A stretch of DNA of 64,000 bases from Octopus sinensis. Taxonomy: Eukaryota. The notes below the pieces were generated by a model, which was given only the letters and a program-made list of their open reading frames with translations, did not search any database and had not been told where the DNA came from. Shown here in pieces: positions 50,026 to 60,619 of this stretch. The DNA lies in the NCBI RefSeq assembly GCF_006345805.1, contig NC_043000.1:96038001-96102000 (forward strand), read 5' to 3'. Both the position numbers and the translations under genes were made by a program. Position 1 is the stretch's first letter, and every line of letters begins with the position of its first letter.

Positions 50026-50241
50026 TATTATCATTATTATTATATTATCATTATCATTATTATTATTTTATAGCTGCTTCAAGATCAATTATTATAATAG
50101 CGGTGACGCATAGGCAGAATCATTAGAGTACTGTTTTGCACTATTTAGTTATGGCCTTTTATGTTCAGAGTTCATCTCTGTCTTTCATCCTTCCAATGAA
50201 ACACAATACCAAGTCAAGTATTGGAATTGATTAAACTCTCT

Positions 50242-50623
50242 TTTTACTCTTTTACTTGTTTCAGTCATTTGACTGTGGCCATGCTGGAGCACCGCCTTTA
50301 GTCGAGCAAATCGACCCCAGGACCTATTCTTTGTAAGCCAAGTACTTATTCTATCGGTCTCTTTTGCCGAACAGCTGAGTTTCGGGGACGTAAACACACT
50401 AGTATCGGTTGTCAAGCGATATTGGGGGGACAAACACAAACACACATACATACATATATACAACGGGCTTCTTTCAGTTTCCGTCTACCAAATCCACTCA
50501 CAAGGCTTTGGTTGGCCCGAAGCTCTAGTAGAAGACACTTGCCCAAGGTGCCATGCAGTGGGACTGAACCTGGAACCATGTGGTTGGTAAGCAAGCTACT
50601 TACCACGCAGCCACTCCTACGCC
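50242..50623 (-). mobile_element. SINE A1, young full-length copy
   Basis: 10-bp TSD TAAACTCTCT at 50232-50241 and 50624-50633. Confidence 0.93.
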
Positions 50624-51126
50624 TAAACTCTCTACAAATTTCTAGTCTTCTATCTATAACTTACTGTTGCCTTTACTTAGGAAGTGACAAGGCATAAATG
50701 ATAGATGTTTGGACTAAATGCTCTACAATATTTAATTCCACTTTATATCCCTTAAGAGTCAACAGAACAAGTATTAATTATGTACTAATTTTGATTCAAA
50801 TGACTACACTACCACTCCCTTACAAATTACCAATATCATGTCCATATAAAATATTACATATAAATTCTGTATATGCAAGTATTTAACAATTTGTGGGTTA
50901 TAATCCCTAGAGAGAACAAACATATCTAACAAACAAAGGAACTGGGATTTCAACTTAAGTGGGTCTCCTTCCAGTGTAGTTAAAATTACATGCACACTCT
51001 TTCAGACTGTTTATCTAGCAATTAATACCTACAGTAGATTAACTGGTGTAGATTAGGCAATTGACAGTTAAGGAAATTTACAACACAGAGACATGTGTAC
51101 TAAGAATATATTTTTATCAATAAAGA

Positions 51127-51525
51127 CTCAGGCATAGCTGTATGGTTAAGAAGTTTGCTTTCCAACCATGTGGTATTGGGTTCGGTCTCATTACATGTCA
51201 CCTTGAGTAAGGGTCTTCTACTATAATTCCAGGCTCACCAAAGTCTTGCGGGTAGATCTAGTAGATGGAAATGGAAAGAAGCCATATATGTATGTGTATC
51301 TTTGTTTAGACTGCCACATTGTAAAGCAAGTGTCACTGCCATACAGTGCTGTTCATTAACAATGTTCCATGAAATCATGTCTGGCCATTGAGAAATATTA
51401 CCTTATTTGGAAACAGGTGAATGTTGGTGACTGGAAGAGTACCCAGCCATAGAAAATCTGCTTCAACAAATTCTGTCTCACCATGAGAGCATGGAAAAGT
51501 GGATTTGATGATGATGATGATGAAG
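51127..51525 (+). mobile_element. SINE A2, full length
   Basis: A head; tail GGAAACAGGTGAATGTTGG...AGCATGGAAAAGTGGAT..(GAT)n. Confidence 0.8.
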
Positions 51526-51617
51526 AAATAATTGTCTTCCATTTAATTACATTGAGGTTTTAAACAAATAAATTGAAGGACTGAATGGTGGTTACAGGGT
51601 TTCTGCTGTCAGTGACA

Positions 51618-52035
51618 GATCATCATCATCATCATAACATCCACTTTTCCATGCTCACGCAATTCAAAAAGAATCCACTGAGGCAAATTTTCTACAATCA
51701 GCAACCTTTTTGTTGCCAACCCTCACCTATTTTCAAGCAAGTAATATTTTCCCAAAACCAGGTATGTTTTTTTTTTTGTTTGTTTGTTTTTTTCCCTCCC
51801 AGCATGATTGGAAGCAAATAACATTGCTTGTATGATGATAACATAATGTCAAGACAAGGAGATATAAATATACACAACAGACTTCTTTCAGTTTCTGCCA
51901 GCCAAATTCCTTCACAAGGCTTTTTTTGGCTAGGGTCTATAGCAGAAGACGTCAGCCCGAGTTGCCACACAGTAGGACTAAACCCAAAATCATGTGCTGG
52001 GAAGCAAAATTGTTAGCCATACCATCATGTATGTT
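51618..52035 (-). mobile_element. SINE A2, full length, inverted and about 90 bp from the previous copy
   Basis: (CAT)n..catccacttttccatgc...ccctcacctattttcaagcaagtaatattt...cttctttcagtttctgcc...gtaggactaaaccc. Confidence 0.8.
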
Positions 52036-52668
52036 CCTATCTATAATTTTTTCTGACTGGCTATATATAATGCCCAGTATCGATCGATTATTTCCATGGT
52101 GGTTTTATCTTAATGAGAGTAATTGTCAACAATATTGTCATTACTAATAATGGTTATCAACATCATTGTCATTAATAATAGTTATCCATATGATCAATAC
52201 CATTATCAATATCAATGCCAAATCTCATTATCAAATTTACTGCCATTATCATTAGCAACAGTGTCATCATATAGTTAGCAACATAGTTGTCAATGACAAT
52301 GTCAACACTGCTGTCAATGGAACATTTTAAAATAAAGCTGTTTGAGAAGTTTGACACCAGCCACACATTTCTGTATATGCTTATTGGAAGAGGGAAAAAA
52401 ACAACTTTTTTATCTTAAGACTGTCCTTTGTACAAAGTGGAGAGAATCTACAGATACTATTGGTCGTAGAGACTAGCAAGTAAATATCAAAGCTCAATTT
52501 TTAGCATGTGAGAATTATAATAATAACTTTTAATAATATTACTAAAATTAACACAACAGTTTGTGAGGATTCAGTCCTTCAGTGAACAAAAAAACAAACA
52601 AACCAAAGTCTACTTCTGTGAGACTTAAAATAAGAGCATACAGAGGGATACAACTTGATACTCTAAAG

Positions 52669-52900
52669 CAGTGTTTCTCAATCATTTTTTAACCTAATGC
52701 TTTTGATTCCTACTTTATTTGGATGAACCTTCCTAGACATTCAATGTTAAAAAAATCCCATTATATTTTTATAATATTATTAGGAATTGTTTCAAAATAA
52801 TGAAAATATTTTGTGTATTGAAGAAGTATAACCAATTTATTGCAGATAAATTTTAATAACAAAATTTTATATGGACCCCTAAGAGCCATATGAACCACTG
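52669..52900. mobile_element. hAT-type MITE
   Basis: CAGTGTTTCTCAATC ... GAACCACTG; TSD CTCTAAAG (52661-52668) / CTCTTAAG (52901-52908), 7/8. Confidence 0.82.
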
Positions 52901-54615
52901 CTCTTAAGCAACAGTCTATATTTCTTAGGGTTTCTCATACTAGCACAATTTGTTAGAAAAGATTACTTATATTTTACTGACTTCCAAAGGACAAAATGTA
53001 TATCGAAGGAGTTGAACTCAGGATACAGAGATACATACTGCATTTATTCAAGTATGAAGTGAAAAAAATTTAATATAAAAGATCACAGTCAGAATTAGGG
53101 ATTAACATTATAATCAGCGTAATAAAAATAAGAAAAAAGACAAACATTAAACCTATGGAAATGAAGAAACTGAAAGCAGTAGCCCCGAGATATCTAACAA
53201 CTTATACACTTCACTGCCTGCAGTTATTTATTAAACACTGCATACATAGCAAACACATCCAATGGCAACGCTTCACTGTAATCAGAAACATTATTGATAG
53301 TGTGGTCATACATACTGTTGTTGAAAAGGGATTATTTATAGGATTACAATTTAAAACATGGAAGTTACATTACTGATGTATGCTAATTGCAAAAAGGAAA
53401 AAAAAAAAGACAATAAAAAAAAAACCTTTGGCCTTTATATAACAAAAGTATGGTTGTAGAAAAGAGATATAATGCTACAGTGCAACATTTAAACTCAGAA
53501 TTTAGTCGAAATTTAAACTTAATCCTTTGCCTGTCTAAAGCATTATCATAAATTTATCTGAAATATCCATGCTTAGTCAGCCCTTGTTTCATACATTCAG
53601 AGTAACATAAAGTAAAGTTACTCTGGTGGTTGAAAAAAACTGGTTGTGTGTATCATGCATGATGCATGGGTGCCAGGGAAATATGTCTTGTGTGTCACAT
53701 GTGATACACAGAACAGGCAAAGTTTAATGTCATGAAAGATATGATGATAAACTGTATTACCAATTTTTTAGATACGAAAATTGGTCATATACTGGAGATA
53801 ACATAGAAATTGAGTAAATATGATACTAAATACTCTGCCTTGTAAATAACTGCAGCTGTAACAATAATAATCTCTGTTTAATAATAGCTTAATATAAATG
53901 CCAGTTAGTTTATCGGTTGATTTCTCTCCAGTTATGCTTTACACCATACAGATGAGAGAGAAAGAGAGAGAGAAAGTAAAAAAGTAGTTAATATAAGAGG
54001 TGCAGGTGAGTGTACATATAAGGCTTGGTGGCAGGCAATGAGTAAAAGAATGCTGCAGGCACACACATAGCATCATAGAGGAGGTGGCGTTAAATGATAG
54101 AATAATTGGCTGTAACTGAAAAAAGCTCTGCAGTAGTTAGTATTTATTGTAATGAATATTTTTCTTTGATGCTTTTCAGGTTAGATGCGCATCAATAAAG
54201 GACTTTTTTTTCTTTTTAGCATTAATCACTAGGGTATTTACTAACTTGAGAATTTATAGCAACCTGTTCCAAATGAACATACTACTACAATTACTACAAT
54301 ATATATTTTGGCCACCGTGGGTAATATGAAATATTGCATACCTTATTCATTAATTTACCCATTGTAGTAAATGTATACTTCCAAAGTTACCTGTTGTATG
54401 ACATGGGTAACATTCTAGTTATATAAATAAATTACATCAATGGGTTTTCAATTCTTGCCTAATCTTTTAGAAGTAGAATTAAACTTCCAATAAAACTAAA
54501 TGCAATATCCTTCCAATTGCATGTTTATAACATATACAACCAAGTCATAAAAAGAACAAATTCATGGTAAATTTCATTAACTGAATTAAGATTTGATGGA
54601 TTGCCTGTTGTTGTA

Positions 54616-55390
54616 CAGGGTGGGGCAGAGGACATTTTTGGAATGGCTATTACTCAGCCCCAGGGGGAAGGACATGTCTGACAGGTACCATTTGGTCTGT
54701 GGTGTCTTAGCATATTTTTTTTTCTTTTCAGGTGAAGCCATGCCATTGTGGACGATAGAGCAACCCCTTTTTTGCCTACGACAGGTACTTGAAGAATAAC
54801 GAGTCTGTCACAGCAGTTCAACATGAGTTTCAGTGCCACTTCAACATTCATGAAATCAGGCTGTTCCCACCTGTAACACAATCTTATGTTCGATGAATGC
54901 ACTTTGTACATGAGGTACACTAATGAATAGGGGATCGGTGGTGATGCTACAAACAGTACGGACACTGAAAAATGTGGAACGCATCTGACACGCTTTGATA
55001 CACAGTCCTGAATCACTCTGCTCAGAGGCATTCCATTAAACTCGGCATCAGTAATCGATTAGTAAAGCATATTTTGCATCAGGGCCAGCATTTCTACCAA
55101 TACAAATTGGTCAATGGACAACAGTTGAAACCATGGGACTATACAAAGTGGCATAACTTTGCACATCAAATGGAAGCAATTTTTGAGACAAATGACCACC
55201 TCATTTTCATCTCAATGGTATGGTGAATCAACAGAACTGTCATTATTGGGCTCTTGAAAATCCAAGAGAACTGCCCGAAAGACCAATGCACAGCCAAAAA
55301 TGACGATCTGGTGTGCTTTTAGAAAAGCTGCCATCATTGGGCCTTACTTTTTTTAAGACAATAATGGAGATGCTGTTCCTGTGAACTGGT
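54616..55390 (+). mobile_element. Tc1/mariner transposon 5' portion (DUF4817-type N-terminus; rosa/DD41D-like by resemblance), fossil
   Basis: TA|CAGGGTGG start; ATG at 54740; frameshifted MPLWTIEQ..FAYDRYLKNNESVTAVQ.EF..HFNIH.NQAVPT.NTI, TVRT..NVERI, HFHLNGMVNQQNCHYWALENPREL and W..F.KAAIIGPYFF. Confidence 0.85.
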
Positions 55391-55519
55391 GGTAGGGAAT
55401 GGAGGATAAAATGACTGCTTTATCTAGTAGCCATGTAGAGGTTTCCTTTGCTGGTTTGTGATTAGTTTAGCTGAGTCATACAGGTCTGGGCACTGTTAAA
55501 CTGAGCAACTCATAAAATT

Positions 55520-55985
55520 TGTCAACATTATCATCACTATTAATGTCAACTTTTTCATGGGTCAGATGGAATTTGTTGAGGTAGATTTTCTTCTACAACT
55601 GAATTCATTTCCTGTTTCTAATTCTCACCTGTTTCCAAGTAAGACAATATATTTCCTCCATGACCAGACATGTTTTTCATGGAAAACTGGAAATAAACAA
55701 CCTCTTTTATGAACAGTGATGCTCATTTACAATCATGTCTGTCCATGCCAAGATAGACAGACAGACAGACAGACAGATACACACACACACACATGCATAC
55801 ATATGTGTGGGTACGTATATGTGTGTGTTTATGTATATGATTAGCTTCTTTTAGTATCTATCTACCAAATATACACATGAAGTTTTGGTTGGTCAGGGCT
55901 ACAGAAAACACTTGTAAAAGGTGCTGTGTAGTGGCACCTTGGGCAAGTGTCTTCAACTAATGACCTTGCCAAATTATAGATTATA
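55520..55985 (-). mobile_element. SINE A2, diverged, with (GACA)n/(CA)n linker
   Basis: ttttcatgggtcagatggaatttgttgaggtagattttc...ctcacctgtttccaagtaag...tctaccaaatatacac. Confidence 0.7.
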
Positions 55986-56910
55986 AGAATACAATCATTA
56001 AATATTATTTTATTGGTGTGTCTATTATCTGAAAGAAGAAAAACTTGTAGGGGAATGTGAAGTTTATTCCTTCTGAACCTTTTTCTCTTTTTCCTTTTAA
56101 GCAATATGAGCCATTTACACATTCAATTTTTACCAATGAAGCAGATCTGTAGAGAGAACTGCTGGAGGGGCCCATGAAGGAACCTCTACAGGTTTACTTG
56201 ACTTGTTAGAAATAGCAGTCAAATTTCTTTCAAATCACTCCTACAGGGTTTAAAAAAAAACAGGAAGTAAATATTGGATAAAATAGTCCTATATTGGATA
56301 AAATAGTGTTCAGAAAAGATGCTATGGTCACAGCTGAAATGCCTTTGATCAACATTGACCTGGGGCTAAACAAAATAACAACCACCACCTGTTGCAGATG
56401 AGATTGAAGTTTAGATAAGCTTTTTAAGGTCTAGTCTCCAACATTGGGAACTATGATCTAATTACAGATACTCCATCACTGGCAAAGCCTCTTTTGACAT
56501 GAGTCATCTCCTGTTCCATGAAATTATTAACTAATTAGAGGAAATATGATCAGCCAATGGAAACTAAATGATAGAACAATTAATTTTTTAAAAATTGAAA
56601 AATAAGAAAGAAAAGAGAGTACTACTAATTAAGGCATTTGATACACTATAATTCTTCAAATTATTGTCCTCATTTCATCCAGTAATTCATACAAGTATTT
56701 TAAATGAAGTAATATGTAATTATCACCAAACCCTAAGAAATGAGAACTGCTATTTAATGTCAAAAATGAAACTCCATATAAATATGAAAAGCTGCTTACT
56801 TTTAATTATTTCTATATTTATTTTTACCTATTTTCATATCTGCTTAAAATTAGTTAAGCATTTTTATTTCATTGCTTTTTCATATTATTTTGCAGATAAC
56901 TTTTATTCAT

Positions 56911-57290
56911 TACTCTCTCTCTTTTACTTGTTTCAGTCATTTGACTGCGGTCATGCTGGAGCACCGCCTTTAGTCGAGCAAATTGACCCCAGGACTTATT
57001 TTTTGTAAGCCTAGTACTTATTTTATCGGTCTCTTTGCCGAACCGCTAAGTTACGAGGACATCAACACACCAGCATCAGTTGTCAAGCGATGTTGGGGTA
57101 CAAACACACACATATATATACATATATACGACGGGCTTCTTTCAGTTTCTGTCTACCAAATCCATTCACAAGGCTTTGGTTGGCCCGAGGCTATAGTAGA
57201 AGACACTTACCTAAGGTGCCATGCAGTGGGACTGAACCCGGAACCATGTGGTTCGAAGCAAGCTACTTACCACACAGCCACTCCTACGCC
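56911..57290 (-). mobile_element. SINE A1, young full-length copy
   Basis: Near-identical to 50242-50623; carries a variant core CCTTAGGTAAGT in place of CCTTGGGCAAGT. Confidence 0.92.
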
Positions 57291-57539
57291 TACATTTAAT
57301 AGAAAAGTGTAAATAAAACAACAAAATTCATCACACACACACACACAAAGACGTTAATGAATTCTATATGTCAAAATGTTTAAAACTTGCTACAGCTGTT
57401 ATATACTACTATTGTGATTTGATTAACTATTCTGCATGTAAAGTTTTACAACTTGCATTCCAAACAAATTTCTAATTTAACTTAACAAATGCTTTCTTTT
57501 ACATGACTTTTTCCAAAACACTTGTGAAAAATTTAATAC

Positions 57540-57940
57540 TAACAATCATCTTCACCCTCCAACATTCATTTTCCATGCCTGTATGAGTTGGATAGTTTGA
57601 CAAGAGCTGGCAAGCCAGAGGACTGCACCAAGTTCTACTGTCTACTTTGGTATAGTTTCTACAACTAAATGCCCTTCCTAACACCAATCACTTTACAAAG
57701 GGAAGGGTACTGGGTGCTTTTTAACATGGCACCAATGATGAGATCATCAAGTAACTAGCAAGACAGGGCCCCTCAGTTGCAGGGTGGTAGTATTGAGGGA
57801 GGTGGCTTTGTGGCTAAAAATGAGAGATTAAAATATGATAGAGGGACAGAAACAGGTGTCATGCTGTAGAGGAGATGCATGGCTAAGGATAGTGAAAAGG
57901 AAAGGTTAGAAAGAGAAAAGATGGTGAAGAAGATGTGTCA
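57540..57940 (-). mobile_element. Family D / RTE-tail repeat
   Basis: ttttccatgcctgtatgagttggatagtttgac...atgcccttcctaacaccaatcacttt...gggtgc. Confidence 0.7.
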
Positions 57941-58824
57941 GGATGTACCATGAACTTCTGGAACATCATTAGTGAAACATGTGGTCAAGTATTGTCATGA
58001 AGAATGATTGGCCCAATTCTGTTGATCAGTCTGGGATGGAGGAGTAGCAGTTTTTCGTTCATTTTAGCAATTTCATGGTAATATGTTTCTGAAGTAATGG
58101 ATTTTCTGGTTGCAAATGGTTGTAGGCAGTTTTCTGGCTAACTTGAAGTTCTTTTGCCAGTTCTCAAGTGGTTTTATGTGGATCTTTCTCCATGACGGTC
58201 TTTAATTGATTGTCATAGAGGATATATGAGCATCCACTATGTTCACAATAATCAAGGCTCAGGTCTTGACTGCAAAATTGTTTCACCCTGTCAGCCTGGC
58301 TGGTACATATTTGCACACAAAAATTTTACAACCCAAACCTTTAAAATTCCCATTCTATGTGATGTAGTATAGTACTGCTCCAGTTTTTCTGGTAAGTATG
58401 TAGTGCCAGATGTATAACTGGAATGCACAAAACTATAATGACAGCTCAAAAGGTTCACATGTGTACAAACCCTATGCAATTTCTGACTTGATAAAAAATT
58501 CCGGGTTAAAAGGGTTAAACCATTTTCAAGCTGACCACTCAATGGTCATTTCCTCACAAACGTTTAGTTGATATTGCAAACAGTTTCAGCTGCTTTATGT
58601 ACTTTTTTTTGAAGTTGAATAGCAAAATTGCTTATTCTATTTCAGATATTGTAACAACGGTAAAAAAAAATATCAATGTTAATTTATTGATGCATTTGGG
58701 CAAGTCTATGTCTGTATTATCAGACAATTACAAAAACATGTTTAAAAAAAAATTCAAAACTTTGCAAAAATCCGGTACAAATTCTTCATGGTTCAAAATG
58801 TTGCTTATCTTTTACTCAACCTGA
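57940..58824 (-). mobile_element. Mariner (DD34D-type) transposon fossil, internally deleted and split by a MITE
   Basis: 5' TIR TA|TCAGGTTGAGTAAAAG at 58824. Peptides AILLFNFKK..HKAAET, KWFKQFCSQDLSL (across the MITE) and QLKTVMEKDPHKTT*ELAKELQVSQKTAYNHL, which is joined to SITSETYYHEI..MNEKL...NRIGPIILHDNT*PHVS (HDNARPH motif). Confidence 0.88.
58286..58514. mobile_element. TTAA-type MITE family P3 nested in the mariner
   Basis: TT(C)A|CCCTGTCAGCCTGG ... CCGGGTTAAAAGGG|TTAA; TIR 10/14. Excising it with one 4-bp copy restores the mariner frame. Confidence 0.82.
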
Positions 58825-59810
58825 TAATATCTATTCGAGTTTAAGAAACACAAGGATGAAATGAGTTAAGTGCAAATGTCTATGTTTGTAAAATAGAAAG
58901 AGAGAAGAAAACAAAATACATGTGTGTATTTCTTGAACTTTCTCTCTAAGTTAGGTGTAATAAACATGTATGATATCTATTTCAGAACCGTTACACACAC
59001 TACAACCATGTCCATCAAAACCAAAATAATCCTTTCCAGTAATATCTTCCTATAAATGTCATATTCCTGGTCAAAAACACTTGGTTTCTTACATAATACA
59101 TGACCCAAATTTGTTCCACTAACAAAAAAGAAAAATAATAAAATGAACAAATTCGAAGAATACAGAAACATTACTATTTACAAGCGCCACTCCTTCAAAC
59201 ATATTTGCCACAATCCATCCTCAAGCTACCTATTTTGGAAGTGTTGCCAAACTGTAATACTATAAACCAGAGAACCAGTGACATTTCAATAAAGCTAACT
59301 CTATTTACATTTATAGTTTTCACACTATACTTATTTTTCACTTAATTTATGAATTCAAAATTAGGGTAGTGGCACTTGTAACCTTTCCTAGTCAAATACT
59401 ATTGTCAGTACTTATAATGGCTACTGAACATAATCCCTCTAGCTGTAAACCATAATAAATATGCTATAGCAATGCCGAAACAAAGTATTCAGAAGAGGAA
59501 ATATTTGGCCTTATAATTAATTGGTCTTTCTGATGTCAGCCAATGAAGATTCAACCATTTACTAAAAAAAAGCAATAAAGAAGTTAAAACTAATGACTTC
59601 TTTTAGGCAAATGAATTCTGCAGGGAAGGGTGTGTATTAGTTGATTTAAGTGACATACATCTGGTACTTATTTTTAGCAATGCTAAATCAAATGAAAGGA
59701 AAAGCCAAGTTTAAAAAAATATTTGAAATTATACTAAACTGGATACCATAATCATTAGTTTCACTGGTACCCTCATTACCATCATCATCATCATCATCAT
59801 CATAATTAAA

Positions 59811-60030
59811 CCCTTTAACATTTAAACTGTCCATATCTGACTTAAAAATTCTACTTGTTTTTTACTCCTACTGGCCCTATCCGGCCTCTCACACATACCA
59901 TAACATGTCATTCTCAGTATATACAACTCCATCACTGAAGTCTCAAAGTTATGAGAGAATGCATGAGTAATTTAAAACAATGTGAATAAAGAAACATAAC
60001 ATGTGACAAAATAATCTGAATGCTAAAGGG
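59811..60030. mobile_element. TTAA MITE family P1
   Basis: CCCTTTAACATTTAAAC ... GAATGCTAAAGGG|TTAA. Confidence 0.8.
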
Positions 60031-60279
60031 TTAACATCCAGCTTCCATGCTGGTGTGGGTTGGACAACTCTCTTGAAAAAATGTAAGGCAAAATAGAACA
60101 TTTCATATATTATTGAAATGGTTATTTACAGAACCAATTTCTCATCCTTTTTCTCCACTTCTAACCTTATTCCTTCTCTCACTCCTTATATGCTCTTGCA
60201 ATCTCCGCTCACCGATACTCCTGGTTCATCTGTCCCCCATTCACTTTTACTCACTTGTACCTTGAGAATCTACACAGAT

Positions 60280-60605
60280 AACTTTTTGTTTATTTTAGTC
60301 ATTTAAACTGCAGCCATGTTGGAGCATTGCCTCAAAGAATTTTTAGTTGAATGAATTGATTCCAGGATTGCTTTCTTTTTATTTTTTTAAAGCCTTGTAC
60401 TTATTCTATGGATCTTTTCTGCCAAACTGCTAAGTTATGGGGACATAAACACGACAGGCTTCTTTCAGTTTCCATCCACCAAATCTACTCACAAAGCTTT
60501 GGTCAGCCTGAGACTACAGTAGAAGACACTTGACCAAAGTGCTACACAGTGGGACTGAACCCAGAACCATGTGGTTGAGAAGCAAGCTTCTTACCAAACA
60601 GCCAC
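60280..60605 (-). mobile_element. SINE A1 lacking the central linker
   Basis: ...gggacataaacac|gacaggcttctttcagtttcc... (about 70 bp including the microsatellite is absent). Confidence 0.8.
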
Positions 60606-60619
60606 CTCCTCATCACTAT

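Noticed and set aside
52150-52370. Asp/Ile/Asn-rich ORF
   Set aside because: It is a degenerate (ATC/GTC)n low-complexity tract.
25578-57312. Recurrent similar ORFs (e.g. SLPNPLTRLWLARGYSRRHLPKVPCSGTEPGTMW; FQSFDCGHAGAPPLVEQIDPRTY)
   Set aside because: They are translations of SINE A copies, not a gene family.
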